A stretch of DNA of 64,000 bases, from contig CBDBLV010000004.1 of the NCBI GenBank assembly GCA_965207225.1, positions 704,001-768,000 of the forward strand, given 5' to 3'. The notes beneath the pieces were generated by a model. It saw nothing but the letters and a program-made list of their open reading frames with translations. It was not told where the DNA came from and made no database searches. Below are positions 1 to 11,000 of this stretch, one piece after another; position 1 is the first letter of the stretch, and every line of letters begins with the position of its first letter. Made by a program: the position numbers and the translations under genes. Source of the stretch: Dehalococcoidia bacterium. GTDB taxonomy: Bacteria; Chloroflexota; Dehalococcoidia; Plut-88900.

Positions 1-1557
1 GCGACCAGGCGGCGAAACCATCGGGAGCGTCGTGATCGGTGAGGCGCGTGACCCCGGAGCCGTCGGCGTTCATCACGTAGATCTCATAGTCCCCGTCGCG
101 GCCGGAGTCGAACGCGATGCGCTGGCCGTCGGGCGACCAGGCGGGCGACCAATCGATACCGTCGTCGTCGGTGAGGCGCGTGGCTGGCGAAGGCGTGGCT
201 GGTGTAGGCGTAGGTTCTGGCGTGAGTGTAGCAGTAGGCTCCGGCGAGGGCGTGTCGGTCGCCACCGGCGTGGGTGTGGCTGGTGTAGGCGTAGCGGTAG
301 GCTCTGTTCTACGGACAGCCCCGCCGGTAACTCTTCCGTTCACAATGCGGCAACCTGCCGGATCTATGCAGGTGTAGACGGCGTCATAAGTCCAGCCGTA
401 CCCTCCATTGTCCATCAGAATTACAAAGCCGCCGGAACCGGATTGGGCCTGGGCTCCTCCCCCAAATCTTCGCCAATCTGAAAACTCAGCGGGAGAGTTT
501 GGGAGCGTCTCTCCCGCCTCGAACACATTGTCTGGGGTAGGCGTGGGTGTAGCAGTAGGCTCTGGTGTGGGCCTTAGGGAACGCTGTGCAGATTGTCGGG
601 ACTCATAGAAGGTCCAACTCCCTTCAGCGTTGGCGGTGGCTACGATTTCGCTCTGGAAGGCATCGTCGACTTCGAAGCCGTCAGAGTAGCAGAGACGAAG
701 GTTGTCCACATTGAGGGTGATGCCCCCTACCACTTGCTTCGCCGGGCCTCCCTCACGACAGATTGCTCCGTCGTGCGTCACTGACAGAACGACGCTGGCG
801 CGTGGCGTGCCGCCACCGGTGTAGCTGCAACCTTCGCCAGGCTGCAACGTCATGCCGTCCCGGCATATCCCCAAGACTACAGGCGCGAGTTCCGGCGTGA
901 GTGTAGCAGTAGGCTCCGGCGAGGGCGTGTCGGTCACCACCGGCGTGGGTGTGGCTGGTGTAGGCGTAGCGGTAGGCTCTGTTCTACGGACAGCCCCGCC
1001 GGTAACTCTTCCGTTCACAATGCGGCAACCTGCCGGATCTATGCAGGTGTAGACGGCGTCATAAGTCCAGCCGTACCCTCCATTGTCCATCAGAATTACA
1101 AAGCCGCCGGAACCGGATTGGGCCTGGGCTCCTCCCCCAAATCTTCGCCAATCTGAAAACTCAGCGGGAGAGTTTGGGAGCGTCTCCCCCGCCTCGAACA
1201 CATTGTCTGGTGTAGGCGTGGGTGTAGCGGTAGGCTCCGGCGAGGGCGTGGCTGGTGCAGGCGTGGGTTCCACGGCAGGTGTGGCGGTGCGTATCGGGGT
1301 GAGTGTCGACGCAGCGGAACGCCCCGACGTCGATGTCGGCATGGCGGTACTCGTTGGTGGGACCGACGTGAACACGGGCGCGGTCGTCGGTGCGGCAATG
1401 TTCGCGACCGTAGGCGTCGCGCCTGATGTCGCCGATTCCCGTGTGGACGTGGGGTTGGTAGTTGTGTCGTCACTACAAGCGGACGTGGAGAGGGCCACCA
1501 GCACAACCAGCAGCGCCACCGCAAACGGAAGGAACTCTCTCAGCCCCGTCCTTTCAT
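1..1557 (-). CDS. Lipoprotein with Pro/Thr-rich linkers, a duplicated Cys-containing domain and TolB/PD40-like repeats (3' partial; start uncertain)
   Basis: Manual minus-strand translation: hydrophobic signal ending LSTSA-C, PT-rich linkers, then [31 protein letters not shown] (PD40/TolB repeat); runs off the window start. ATG at 1557 is one base out of frame; in-frame CTG at 1543. Confidence 0.8.
219..1236. repeat. Near-identical ~340-bp intragenic duplication (about 219-561 and 894-1236)
   Basis: Same sequence recurs at an offset of 675 bp (in frame) with only a few substitutions. Confidence 0.95.
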
Positions 1558-1751
1558 AATGGCGGCGGGGTTCAGAGGGGAAACGGCCTCCCCGACGGTC
1601 GCTCTCTAGCGAGGAGAGAGGTCGGGTATGCTTAGGACGCCTGTTCGGGGGGGGGGGGGTATAAGTATACGTTCGCACATCTAGGCCACTACCTTCGGTC
1701 ATGACGGTCTCTGCCTCCTGCTATCCGATTTCGAGATTCAATGCTGAACTG

Positions 1752-2471
1752 CTACGTCCCCCGTTGGCGGAGCCTTTCTTCCAACTCCCGGACACGGGCT
1801 TCGGCGCTGTCGGCGCGGGCCTCGGCGCTGTCGGCGCGGGCTCGTTCGCTCTCAAGGCTGGCGATGGGCTCCCCCGTGACAGGGTCGTAGAACATCAGCC
1901 TCCCATCATCCCAACGCAGATACAGGTTCAGCACCGCGCTGTACCCCTGGAGGCTCCCTCCGGGCAACTCCTCTAGCTCTACAGGGACATACGCACCGTC
2001 CACCAGCCGGTCTCCGCCCAGCTTCGCCCCGTGATACGCTCCCGTCTCATCGAATCGCCAGTACTCCGGTATGCTCAGAGCGGTGTAGTCCGCGCGCTTC
2101 TCGGTCACGTCCACTCGCCCCGTGCTTTTGGACGCCACCTCCAGCACGAAGTCCGGCGGCTTCCCCTGCTCCGCGATCACGTAGGCTTCGCTGCGCCGGT
2201 ACGCCCCCGGGTCAACCCCGAAGGCCACCAGCAGGTCGGGATACCGCACCCCGGCCAGGCTCCCCGTGGGCGCCAGCGCCAAGTAGCGCTCACCGGCCAC
2301 CAGCGTCGTCTCTGGGCTGCCCAGATGCACTACCAGGTTGTGGACAATACCGGTGTAGGTCAGACCGTCAAAGCTGGTCATCTTGTCGTCCGGATCTTCC
2401 GGAGGGTCCGGAAACACAAAATGCTCCCGAACCGGCGGCGTCCTGGCAAATGTCGTGTCCGGCGTCGTCAT
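1752..2471 (-). CDS. Uma2-family (DUF820) PD-(D/E)xK endonuclease
   Basis: YPDLLV...PDFVLEVASKST...IPEYWRFD motifs; C-terminal ARADSAE coiled-coil repeat. Confidence 0.9.
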   Translation of the reverse strand: MTTPDTTFARTPPVREHFVFPDPPEDPDDKMTSFDGLTYTGIVHNLVVHLGSPETTLVAGERYLALAPTGSLAGVRYPDLLVAFGVDPGAYRRSEAYVIAEQGKPPDFVLEVASKSTGRVDVTEKRADYTALSIPEYWRFDETGAYHGAKLGGDRLVDGAYVPVELEELPGGSLQGYSAVLNLYLRWDDGRLMFYDPVTGEPIASLESERARADSAEARADSAEARVRELEERLRQRGT

Positions 2472-2684
2472 AGCTCACCTAAACAGTCGGCTCGAAGCCT
2501 GCGCCAACCCCGCCCACTCATCGGCAGGCCAACGGAAAGGCGTCTCCACTCCGAAGCACCTCCAACAAGGTGTTACTCTACGAGTCATACTATACACCGC
2601 CGGGCCAGACCTTGGAACCCCCCGAAAACGAGCACCGCTGAAGCTGAAGTGCGCCTTGCGAATGGACATTTCGCGCCAAGGGCA

Positions 2685-3096
2685 CTATCGGCTGCGGGCG
2701 TTGACGACACGCGTGCGCACGATCTTGTCCCAGAGGCATTGGCGGTCGGCGTCCCAGACGCACCAAAGCGCCGCAACGACGAAGGTAGGCGTGAAGATGG
2801 CCCCGCCCGCCTGCTCTCCCAGCACAGCCACCAATACCCCATTGACCGCGCCGAAAACGATGCATCGCACGACCAGGTCCCTGATCAGCATCCAACCTAG
2901 GTCGGCCGATTGACCATCCCCACGGATGACGCGCGTACGCAGGAGCTGCTTCGGCGGGATCTGTCCGCCTCGCGCCGCGATCAGGTACCATATGCCCCAG
3001 CCGATGCCGAGCGTAAGCACGAATAGAAAGCAGTCGGAGGACGAATCCGGCGAGACGGCGGCCTTGGCTGGCAAGCTCCATGTCGCTGCTGCTCAT
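2685..3096 (-). pseudogene. RDD-family membrane protein, frameshifted by one extra base near 3036
   Basis: N-terminus MELASQGRRLAGFVL in one frame; remainder (DCFLFVL...LIRD...QCLWDKIVRTRVV) in another; GAGGAGG RBS before ATG 3096. Confidence 0.8.
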
Positions 3097-3105
3097 CCCC
3101 TCCTC

Positions 3106-3160
3106 TTACACCTCCAGCTTGAAGGACAAGCGGAAGGTTCTTGATTTTATCAAGTCTGGT
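3106..3160 (-). other. Serine-recombinase att half-site encoding an alternative recombinase C-terminal tail (PDLIKSRTFRLSFKLEV*)
   Basis: GTTCTTGATTTTATCAAGTCTGGT (3137-3160) differs by one base from 4989-5012 and resembles the 3' end of the recombinase at 31614-33260. Confidence 0.85.
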
Positions 3161-3320
3161 AGACATGGTGGCGGCCAGGCGATATATGGAGGCCACGGCG
3201 TCCATCCTGCGTATGAGCAGCGTCAGTCACTCCCTGTACATGGGGTAGGCCCGCACGAAGTCCGAGGGCGTGTCGAAGCGGAGGACCCACGCGGCTTCGT
3301 CGATGCCCTGGGCCGTCAGG
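3161..3320 (-). pseudogene. Internal fragment of a Replic_Relax-type relaxase
   Basis: FVRAYPMYRE*LTLLIRRMDAVASIYRLA aligns with LVRTHPVSAEWRRSLMERMDALDSIYRVA of 26644-28305; ends at the att half-site. Confidence 0.7.
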
Positions 3321-3576
3321 TGGTACTTCTGGCTGGCCGGCCAGTCAGCATCGGAAAGATGACGAGGGCCATTCCGTCGGAGAGCGTCAAAGTGACGCTC
3401 TTGCCGTAGCGGGACACGTTCGTGAAAGAGCGGTCCTCAATGTCCCCGGCCACGTCAATCTCGGATAGCGTCCGAAATACCGTTGGGCGGACGACGCGGG
3501 CAGAGACCACGGAAGCGCCCACCGCGCGGCGCTCCAGCACCTCGCGGACAATGGTGAGTTCCGGCGCCTCTGGCAC
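3316..3576 (-). pseudogene. N-terminal fragment of an Fpg/Nei DNA glycosylase
   Basis: MPEAPEL start, R.GK and MLTG motifs; truncated at about 80 aa. Confidence 0.75.
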
Positions 3577-3606
3577 GGGTTTCGTCCAGCCTGGTTTCTT
3601 ACATGG

Positions 3607-4611
3607 CTACGAACGTATTTGAAAACGGGGCACCCGACCAATACCCAACCAACATCTCAGTCTCTCTGCAATCTCAAGCCCGCCCACCATTCCGGCCGCC
3701 GGTAATGCAACCTCAATCATGAAGCTGAGCGGTGCCGAGAGCACATTCTCCGTGGAACCGCCTTGGTTCCCGAGTACTCCCAAGTTGATGAATATCCATA
3801 GCAACGCGAAGCCGGCAATGAACACGCAGAATATCAGCACTATCTCGATGGCGTACTTTAAGACCGGCAAATGTAATGAAGCCCATGATGCCCCCGTCAC
3901 TGCCAACCAAACTACGATTAGTGTCCAGAAGCGCCAATCCTCACTTTCGTCCAGGGCATCCACGGCAAGCACCAGCACGATGGCCGTGGATATGAATAGA
4001 AACGTGCCGACGAGAGTGCGCTTCCAATTCGACACTACCCAGGGAATCACCCAACGTACAAAGCCAGCGAGAGAGAGTAGTACTACCCATTCGTACACCG
4101 GCTCAGACGTGTCGGCATCGTCGACGTAGAATGCCCATAGCAGGAGAGCTAACCCGGCAAACACCAATCCGCCCCCTGCGACATCGAGCGCAGTTTTCTT
4201 CCAAGAGCTCTCGCGCGTTGCCTCTGGAGGGTCTTCTTTAGATGAGACGAACGATATGCCAGATATGACGAATAGTGCGCCCAAGATCAGGATCACTCCA
4301 GCGGTCCACCAGCGATACACATCGTCGCCAGGCTCCGGCGCAAGTACGAAGGGAACCCATAGCGCCCATGCGACGAAGAGGGCCCCAAGCGCAGTCGCGA
4401 CAAAGACCAACCCGTGGAATAGTCGGGGGTGAATCCTTGATTCAGGTGGCTCTACAGCTACAGAGGCAAGTATCGGCAGCACGGCGAGACCAGGCAGCGC
4501 CCACCAGAAGACCCACCGGGTTACTCCTTCGCCGATATCGACATCTTGCACGTAGTGTCCCCACAGGATAAAGCCAAAGCCTATGATCAGATAGAGGATC
4601 AGGAGCACCAA
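3607..4611 (-). CDS. Polytopic membrane protein of unknown function
   Basis: 334-aa ORF with about 10 hydrophobic segments. Confidence 0.8.
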   Translation of the reverse strand: MVLLILYLIIGFGFILWGHYVQDVDIGEGVTRWVFWWALPGLAVLPILASVAVEPPESRIHPRLFHGLVFVATALGALFVAWALWVPFVLAPEPGDDVYRWWTAGVILILGALFVISGISFVSSKEDPPEATRESSWKKTALDVAGGGLVFAGLALLLWAFYVDDADTSEPVYEWVVLLSLAGFVRWVIPWVVSNWKRTLVGTFLFISTAIVLVLAVDALDESEDWRFWTLIVVWLAVTGASWASLHLPVLKYAIEIVLIFCVFIAGFALLWIFINLGVLGNQGGSTENVLSAPLSFMIEVALPAAGMVGGLEIAERLRCWLGIGRVPRFQIRS

Positions 4612-4988
4612 GCCTGCCTTCTTCAGTCTGTCTCGCGTCAGTTGCGCATCTCCTCACACCTTCCGAACGCGGTTCGACAGTACAGAGTGTAACGTCATGG
4701 CGTGGCTGGCCCCATCGGTAATTCGGTTGGCCTGGGCTCGAGGGTTCGATAGGTTCCCGCGTTCGTGGAAATGACGAGCGGTTCCGTCTCCCGGCTACGC
4801 TCCTGGGCGGCCGCTGCTTTGTCAGTATCTGGTTGGGACACGTCTGCTCCTTTCCCGGGGCACTCTACCTTCAGTCAGGGAGCTCACACCACCTCAAATC
4901 TCTCGGGTTTTCCTATCCCCTCGGGTGTCCCATTATCGCTGACGGTCTACAGATTGGCTACAGGTCCAGAACGAGGGTAAGTGTGAAA

Positions 4989-5039
4989 GTTCTTGATTTT
5001 GTCAAGTCTGGTGGGCCTATTTTGACGGTAGACAGAACC
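4989..5039 (+). other. attL of ICE1 (hybrid site; core TGGTGG 5009-5014)
   Basis: GTTCTTGATTTTGTCAAGTC-TGGTGG-GCCTATTTTGACGGTAGACAGAACC; both arms recur, inverted, at 31668-31719. Confidence 0.9.
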
Positions 5040-5183
5040 GTCTTCGAATTGAGGCTGGGCAGTCTGTAAACCCACCGAAACGATGTTGCGTGGTCTCTCT
5101 TGGGCTGCCTACCAGCGTTGCGCCTATCGTGGCTTCCAGCATATTCAATGGGGCGCACGCATTCACAATCCCAGCATTTTGCG

Positions 5184-5606
5184 TCACTCGTGACTGCCTC
5201 TCAGCAGGGCGACGAATCCAGCCTGCTCAAAGTCTCGGTCGTAGGCGAGCGCCTCAGTCAGGTCACGTTCTTCCATTATGAGGAAGCTCGCGCAGTCCGT
5301 TAGGCTCCAGGTCTGATCCTGGCGTGCCTCGTATCGTCCCACCGCTGTCCAAAACTGGTCCTCAGTAAGCCAGACAACCTCAATGCTTGGTCTGCCACGA
5401 AGACTCTTCGCCCATTCAGTTGCACGCTGTCGCATGTACTCGCCACGGGTCGATGCGAAATTGAGTACCTCGACCACAACCATATGGGTCGTGACCAGTT
5501 GGTCCGCGATGGATTCTGAGCTCAAGTCGAGTGCGCGGGCGTGAAGGTCGTCTCGGTTGTCGAGTAGTGCGATCCAATATCCACTGTCAGCGAACACCAC
5601 ACGCAT
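5184..5606 (-). CDS. vapC: PIN-domain toxin (VapC family)
   Basis: VFADSG...VVEV...SLTDCAS...YDRDF acidic PIN motifs. Confidence 0.9.
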   Translation of the reverse strand: MRVVFADSGYWIALLDNRDDLHARALDLSSESIADQLVTTHMVVVEVLNFASTRGEYMRQRATEWAKSLRGRPSIEVVWLTEDQFWTAVGRYEARQDQTWSLTDCASFLIMEERDLTEALAYDRDFEQAGFVALLRGSHE

Positions 5607-5890
5607 TACGGTTCCTTCTTCGGATGACCGTACATGTAGTGTTTGTAGTTGACAGAGCCATCGGTGGGTCGGTCTCGTCCGTCATCCGGGTACTTCTCAA
5701 TGAGGTGCCTGGCCAACATTGACATGTCTCCGATAGCATTCGCGCCCTTCGCCGCGGCTTGAACGGGAATCTCCTCAATCACCAGGGCCACTTCCGCTCC
5801 CTCGGCAATGTCCAAGGGCTCCAGGGGCGTGAGAACGCCGTTGGAGTACTTGGCCTTCACGTTCGCAATCATGACGCTCCCCTCTGACAT
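5606..5890 (-). CDS. AF2212/DUF104-like antitoxin
   Basis: VKAKYSNGVLTPLEPLDIAEG motif; stop overlaps vapC start. Confidence 0.8.
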   Translation of the reverse strand: MSEGSVMIANVKAKYSNGVLTPLEPLDIAEGAEVALVIEEIPVQAAAKGANAIGDMSMLARHLIEKYPDDGRDRPTDGSVNYKHYMYGHPKKEP

Positions 5891-6010
5891 GGCTACGGCC
5901 TTCGGGCAACTCTCAGCGTCCTATGTGTGCTCAAGACCGTTCTGCCCTCATCATACTCCTGATGGCTGCTGATCATCAATGGAAACGCTGCCTTTTCTTG
6001 GTCGGCGCTA

Positions 6011-6040
6011 TTGACAACATCCGCTTCGGTGGTTTAAGGT
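6011..6040 (+). promoter_or_regulatory. Possible sigma70 promoter for the adhesin genes
   Basis: TTGACA-N18-TAAGGT in an AT-richer intergenic stretch. Confidence 0.35.
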
Positions 6041-6364
6041 AATAGGTGGATAGTAATGATACTATATCTCAATTATCAACGTAATGGTGGCCTTGCCCAC
6101 TGTCCGTGTCGAGACCGTACCTCGTCAATTGGACGCATACGAAGCTCAATACCAATGATCCGAACGTACTCCACGGTTGGCGACGACGGGAACAATGATA
6201 CTAAGACTCAACACGATGGCGGAAACGATAGCTGACGATTGTGATATCAGTCGTCCCGCACGGAGCAAAACCAGTGTAGAAACACGCACCCGTCTTGGGC
6301 GCGAGGCAAAGAACAACGAACCAACTCGATCTAGATTTCGAAAGCAAGGAAGCTAGGAGAATCG

Positions 6365-7999
6365 ATGAACAGCTTTACCAACGCATCAATGCCCCTGAAA
6401 CTCTTCGGCGTCGTCTTGGCGCTGGCCCTAGTAGCGGTGGCCGCCCTGTTGGTCACCCCCACCTCGGCGCAAAGCCCGGACAACACCTACGACGACCCGC
6501 AGCCTTGTGGGTTCGGCCAAGGCGCATCCACTGCATTCCAGGCCGAACCGCACGAGAAGACCACCGGCCACTACGCACTCTTTGACGCCTACTGGGAGGA
6601 TACGGGGCCGGATCAGGCGCAGACCCCAGGGCTGGACCCTGACCAAACCCCTGACAACACCGGCATCCTGCACACCAACGAGTGCCCGCCGCTGTTGACC
6701 ACCGAAACGCAAGACCTCCAAACCGTAACCACCCTGACCGACTCCGGCGTCGACATCGACGAGCTCATAATCCACGTCGAGAACTCGCGTCAGGCGACTG
6801 TGGTGGAGGGCAATCCGGATGATTTCAGCACCCACCATTTGCGTTTGGACCAGTACCCAGGGGTTCGTGACCACGCCAATGTTGGTGAAAAGGTCTGGTG
6901 GCTGCGGCTGGACGACCCCGACCTCAGCGGGGACCAGAAATCCGACCTCACCCTCGGATTCTCGACGCACCGATTCGACAAGAAGTACTGGACCAAGGTT
7001 AGCTACGAGTTCAGGCTCTTGCGCAACCCCGGCATTGCCCCGGGCGAGCATCCCCACCTCCTCGCCTACCGGGCGCGCCAGTCGGGTGTGCCCGGCGCGA
7101 CCAAGGTCTGGGACAGCGCTGAGGCAGGCATCGCATCCATGGAGATGGCGCCCGGCGAACTCATCAATGACCTACAGTGGGTCTTCACCAAGCCCGGGAC
7201 CTACGAAATATCTGCTCAACCCGTGGGGTACGTGCGCAACAAAAACCCTCACGCTGAAGGCGATGAGGAGTACGACGCGAACTGGAAGGCGATCAGTGCA
7301 AACGTCACCGAGGCCGGCGAGGTGAAAAAGTACGTCATCCACGTGGGGCCTCTCGTCGAGGTGGAGCCGCCACTATTGGGCGTCAGCCGCAGCGTGCCGG
7401 AAAACTCCCCGGCCGGGACCAACGTCGGCGACCCGTTCCTGGTCTACTCGGAAGCGAGTGATCTGGGGTACAGCCTCTCCGGCGTCGGCCACGAAAACTT
7501 CGTAGCAACGGCCACGACCGACGCGGACCCCTACGGCGTCCAAATCAAGGTGGCCGAGGGGGCCAGCCTGGACTACGAGACCAAGGCCACCTATGACCTC
7601 ACCTTGGGAGTGACAAACAAGATCGACCACGAGAGCAATCCCGACCCCACCGTAGACGACACCCTGGTGGTGCGGATCAGTTTGGACGACGTCGCCCCCA
7701 CCGTGAGCCTTGCAGTCGATAATGCCAGCCCGGCGGTGGGTGACACGGTGACCTTTAGGGCGGTGTTCCAACACTTCGAAGAAGTGGGAGAGTATCTGTA
7801 TGATTTCGACAGTCTGTCGAATTCCGATACCCTCACTGGGCGGGTTACCACCAACAACGCCATTGTGTACACCACCACCCGAAATAGCGCCCTAACGGAA
7901 ACTTTCACCTTCAGTGCCACTTACGACGTTGATGATGATGGCTCGAACCGACGTGTCATTCACGCCGAGAATGTCACCGTCACCTGGGGCAACCCGTAG
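6365..7999 (+). CDS. Secreted surface protein with TIGR03769/choice-of-anchor-M-like and cadherin-like domains
   Basis: Signal peptide; WVFTKPGTY motif; VPENSPAGTNVG...LDYETKATYDL cadherin motif. Confidence 0.8.
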   Translation: MNSFTNASMPLKLFGVVLALALVAVAALLVTPTSAQSPDNTYDDPQPCGFGQGASTAFQAEPHEKTTGHYALFDAYWEDTGPDQAQTPGLDPDQTPDNTGILHTNECPPLLTTETQDLQTVTTLTDSGVDIDELIIHVENSRQATVVEGNPDDFSTHHLRLDQYPGVRDHANVGEKVWWLRLDDPDLSGDQKSDLTLGFSTHRFDKKYWTKVSYEFRLLRNPGIAPGEHPHLLAYRARQSGVPGATKVWDSAEAGIASMEMAPGELINDLQWVFTKPGTYEISAQPVGYVRNKNPHAEGDEEYDANWKAISANVTEAGEVKKYVIHVGPLVEVEPPLLGVSRSVPENSPAGTNVGDPFLVYSEASDLGYSLSGVGHENFVATATTDADPYGVQIKVAEGASLDYETKATYDLTLGVTNKIDHESNPDPTVDDTLVVRISLDDVAPTVSLAVDNASPAVGDTVTFRAVFQHFEEVGEYLYDFDSLSNSDTLTGRVTTNNAIVYTTTRNSALTETFTFSATYDVDDDGSNRRVIHAENVTVTWGNP

Positions 8000-8005
8000 T
8001 ATCGG

Positions 8006-11000
8006 ATGGCGGTTGCTGTGGCCCTTAGGCTTGTAACGCTGTGCCTGTTTGCAGCGCTGGTCGCCATCGCGACCAGCGCTGCCGAGCCCGCTTTTGCTGC
8101 CCCCTCGCCCCCGGCGAGCAGCATCTCCCTGGACAGTCTGCCGAAGCCAAGAGGAACCTCAAATGTCTGGTGGGAGCTCTTCGTGCGCAACGATCCAGTC
8201 CCCGGTCACCCACCGGCGGCGGCTTATGATGTAGTCGTTCGCATTACCGCCACGGCCAATGGTCAGGAGTACAAGCAGCACACAACTGTTAGCAACCCTT
8301 CATCCGGGTACATTGACCGGGACCGTGGAGTGTGGGTCATCCCCTTTATACCACCGGGGGGCAGCGCTGACGTGATCATTCAGCCCGCAGCATTCTTTCC
8401 TCGATTCAATCAGGATACACCAGTCCGCCTGCACGCTGAATTGGTTTCACATCGTTACCTCGCCAGCGAAGCAGGCAGCCAAGGGAGTATTGAAACCGAG
8501 GATTGGTACATTAGGGCTGCGAATGCTTATCTTTTTGCATGGCCAGGTGCAGAAGTAGGCGTAAGAGTTCGCAGCCTTAACAACAGGGTTCCAGCGTTAG
8601 GTACGCAGACCACGTTTGATGTTCGTGCGATTAATGTACCCTACAATGACCCAGACCCAAGAGTTCTAATAGTACCAAGCAAGCAGATTGGCAAAGTATG
8701 GGATGTGAAGATCAAGATCGATCTTTCGCCGGGGTTGTCTTTAGCTCCCGGATGGACTGCGCCGACCGGCACATCCTTTGACGCCGAAAGCGGTATCTGG
8801 AATGTGGGGTTAATTAGTGGCACAAATACCGGTACGACAATGTCTTTGCCGGTACTCCTCGCCGCGGATAACGTTCCCTTGGAGCAGCGGTGCCTGACGG
8901 CGACGGTGGTGAGCTCCACACCCGACTTCGAGCTGGACCCGGGGGTGCTGGTGAACGACTTCTCCACCGAGTGCCTGGGCGAAGATCCGATATTGAACGA
9001 GGGCGATATTGCTGTTTTCAAGTACGTTTCCTGCGTTGGCCGCACATCTTACCCCTGCACCAGCGATGACACACTGGAATTGGTGGCAAAGCATGAAGCG
9101 GCATTCTGGCAGCCTGAAGATGTCATTGTCCAAGTCAGGGACGTCCAGGGAAGGGTTGAGGCGGGATGGAGCACCGGCAAGACGGCAAGGCACCTTGCTT
9201 CTGTTCCTTCGATCCCTGGTGTTGGTGTCATCTTCGAAGTCATTGATAGCGGGTACAACGCATACACTTTTGCAATTAGCGACGTGGTGCCAAAACAACG
9301 GCCCGGCAAATTTACAGTTGTGGCCGGCAACCAAGGAAACATTACCATCTTGGACGCCGACACAATGCTGTCCGCGGGACCGTACAACCTTAATGAACCA
9401 ATTCCCGCATTAGTAGTTTTCGGCACTTTGGGCACATATAAGGTAAAGATAACCGTTGGGGCTACCAAGTCGGGGACGGCGTACACCGACAGCGGCGTCT
9501 ACACCTTCCACGTGGGGCCGATAGCGGAGCTTGCGGTGCGGGACGGCGGTCGCAGCCCACTGGCGGCGCCGGACCAGCAAGCCTACACCATCCTCGCGGC
9601 CAACAACGGACCAGACGCGGCCTCGGCTGTGGTGGTAACCCTCACAGGCGTACCCCAGGGCGCGGAGGCCATCGTCAGTGGCAGCACCAAGCGCGTGGAC
9701 GACGAAGACGTCAGCGGCAGCGATGGAAGGTACGCGCAGGGCGACTGCGTAGACGGATTCTGCGAAGCCACCTGGACCATCGGAAAGATGTCCGTTTCCT
9801 CTGGCAGGACCTCCATCGGCAAGATGCCCTTCCCCACGCTGACCCTGATCGCCCCGGACGGCGCGTCCACGTCGGGCATTGAGGCCAGCATCGAAAGCAC
9901 CGAGCCCTACTCGGTTACCATCGACGGCACGGTCCACTCCACCGCCTACTTCGACTACATCGATGAGAACAACAGCGCTCACATCGCTGCCCGGGCCGGA
10001 GCCGGCGGGCCAGTGCCGGGAACGCCACAGGACCTGCAAGCGCAGTTCTACACCGTTCCATTCACGACCGCCCTCGTGTGGTGGACCGAGCTTGAGTCGG
10101 TGAACAGCTTCCCTGTGTCCCGCTACGAGGTGTTCACGGAGCGGCCGAATGGTGGAGCCTGCCAGGCGCCGAGTACGGACCAAGCGGGAGAGCGGCTCAC
10201 GGGAACGACGTACGCGGACCGCCGTGCGAAGGAGGGCGAGCTCACGTGCTACTACGTGCGGGCAGTGAATACTCATAAAGTTCCCGGCTACTGGGCGGGG
10301 CCGGTGATGGCGACCGGCGACAGCCCGGACCAGCCGCGGCTGTCGGTGCAGGGAGGCGATCCAGTCGACGAGGGCGACGCCGCCCAATTCACGGTCAGCG
10401 CCTCCCCGGCCCCCGCCGCCGGAGACAGTCTCACCTTTGGCTACACGGTGATCCAGCGTGGCGACTACGTAGCCGACAGAGAGTTGGGCCAGAAGCATGC
10501 AACCATAGGCAACAGCGGCCGCGCCACCATAACCGTCCTCACCGTGGGGAACGATACCGACGACGCCGACGGGGAGATATTCGTCACCCTGAACAACGGC
10601 GAGGGCTACACGGCGTCTTCGGACCGGTCGGCCAGTGTCGAGGTGAGGGACAACGACAATCCCGAGGTGTCCTTCGCCGACGACCCGGCCACGGCCACCG
10701 TGAGCGAGGGAGATGGCGGTTACGACGTGGTGGTCAACCTGGTTCCGGCGCCCCACGCCGCCACCACCATCAGGTACCAGATCGGGGGCGTCGCCGAGGC
10801 CGGCGAGGATTTCACGATCGGCGGCCTGAGCAACGGCTTTGGGTCGGTCTGGGTTGGACCCGGCTCGTCCAGCGTGAACATCCCCGTGCGGCTGATCAAC
10901 GACCGGGAGAGCGAGCAGGAGGATTTCCTGGACATCTACCTGCGCGCGGGAGAGAACTACGACGTGGGAACTCCGTCCCGCTACACGCTGACCATCACCG

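Noticed and set aside
219-1236. DGR template/variable repeat pair
   Set aside because: No reverse transcriptase in the window; both copies are in-frame coding and differences are few
4900-5100. tRNA or tmRNA integration target
   Set aside because: No cloverleaf or ssrA sequence seen; the target is the recombinase-2 palindrome
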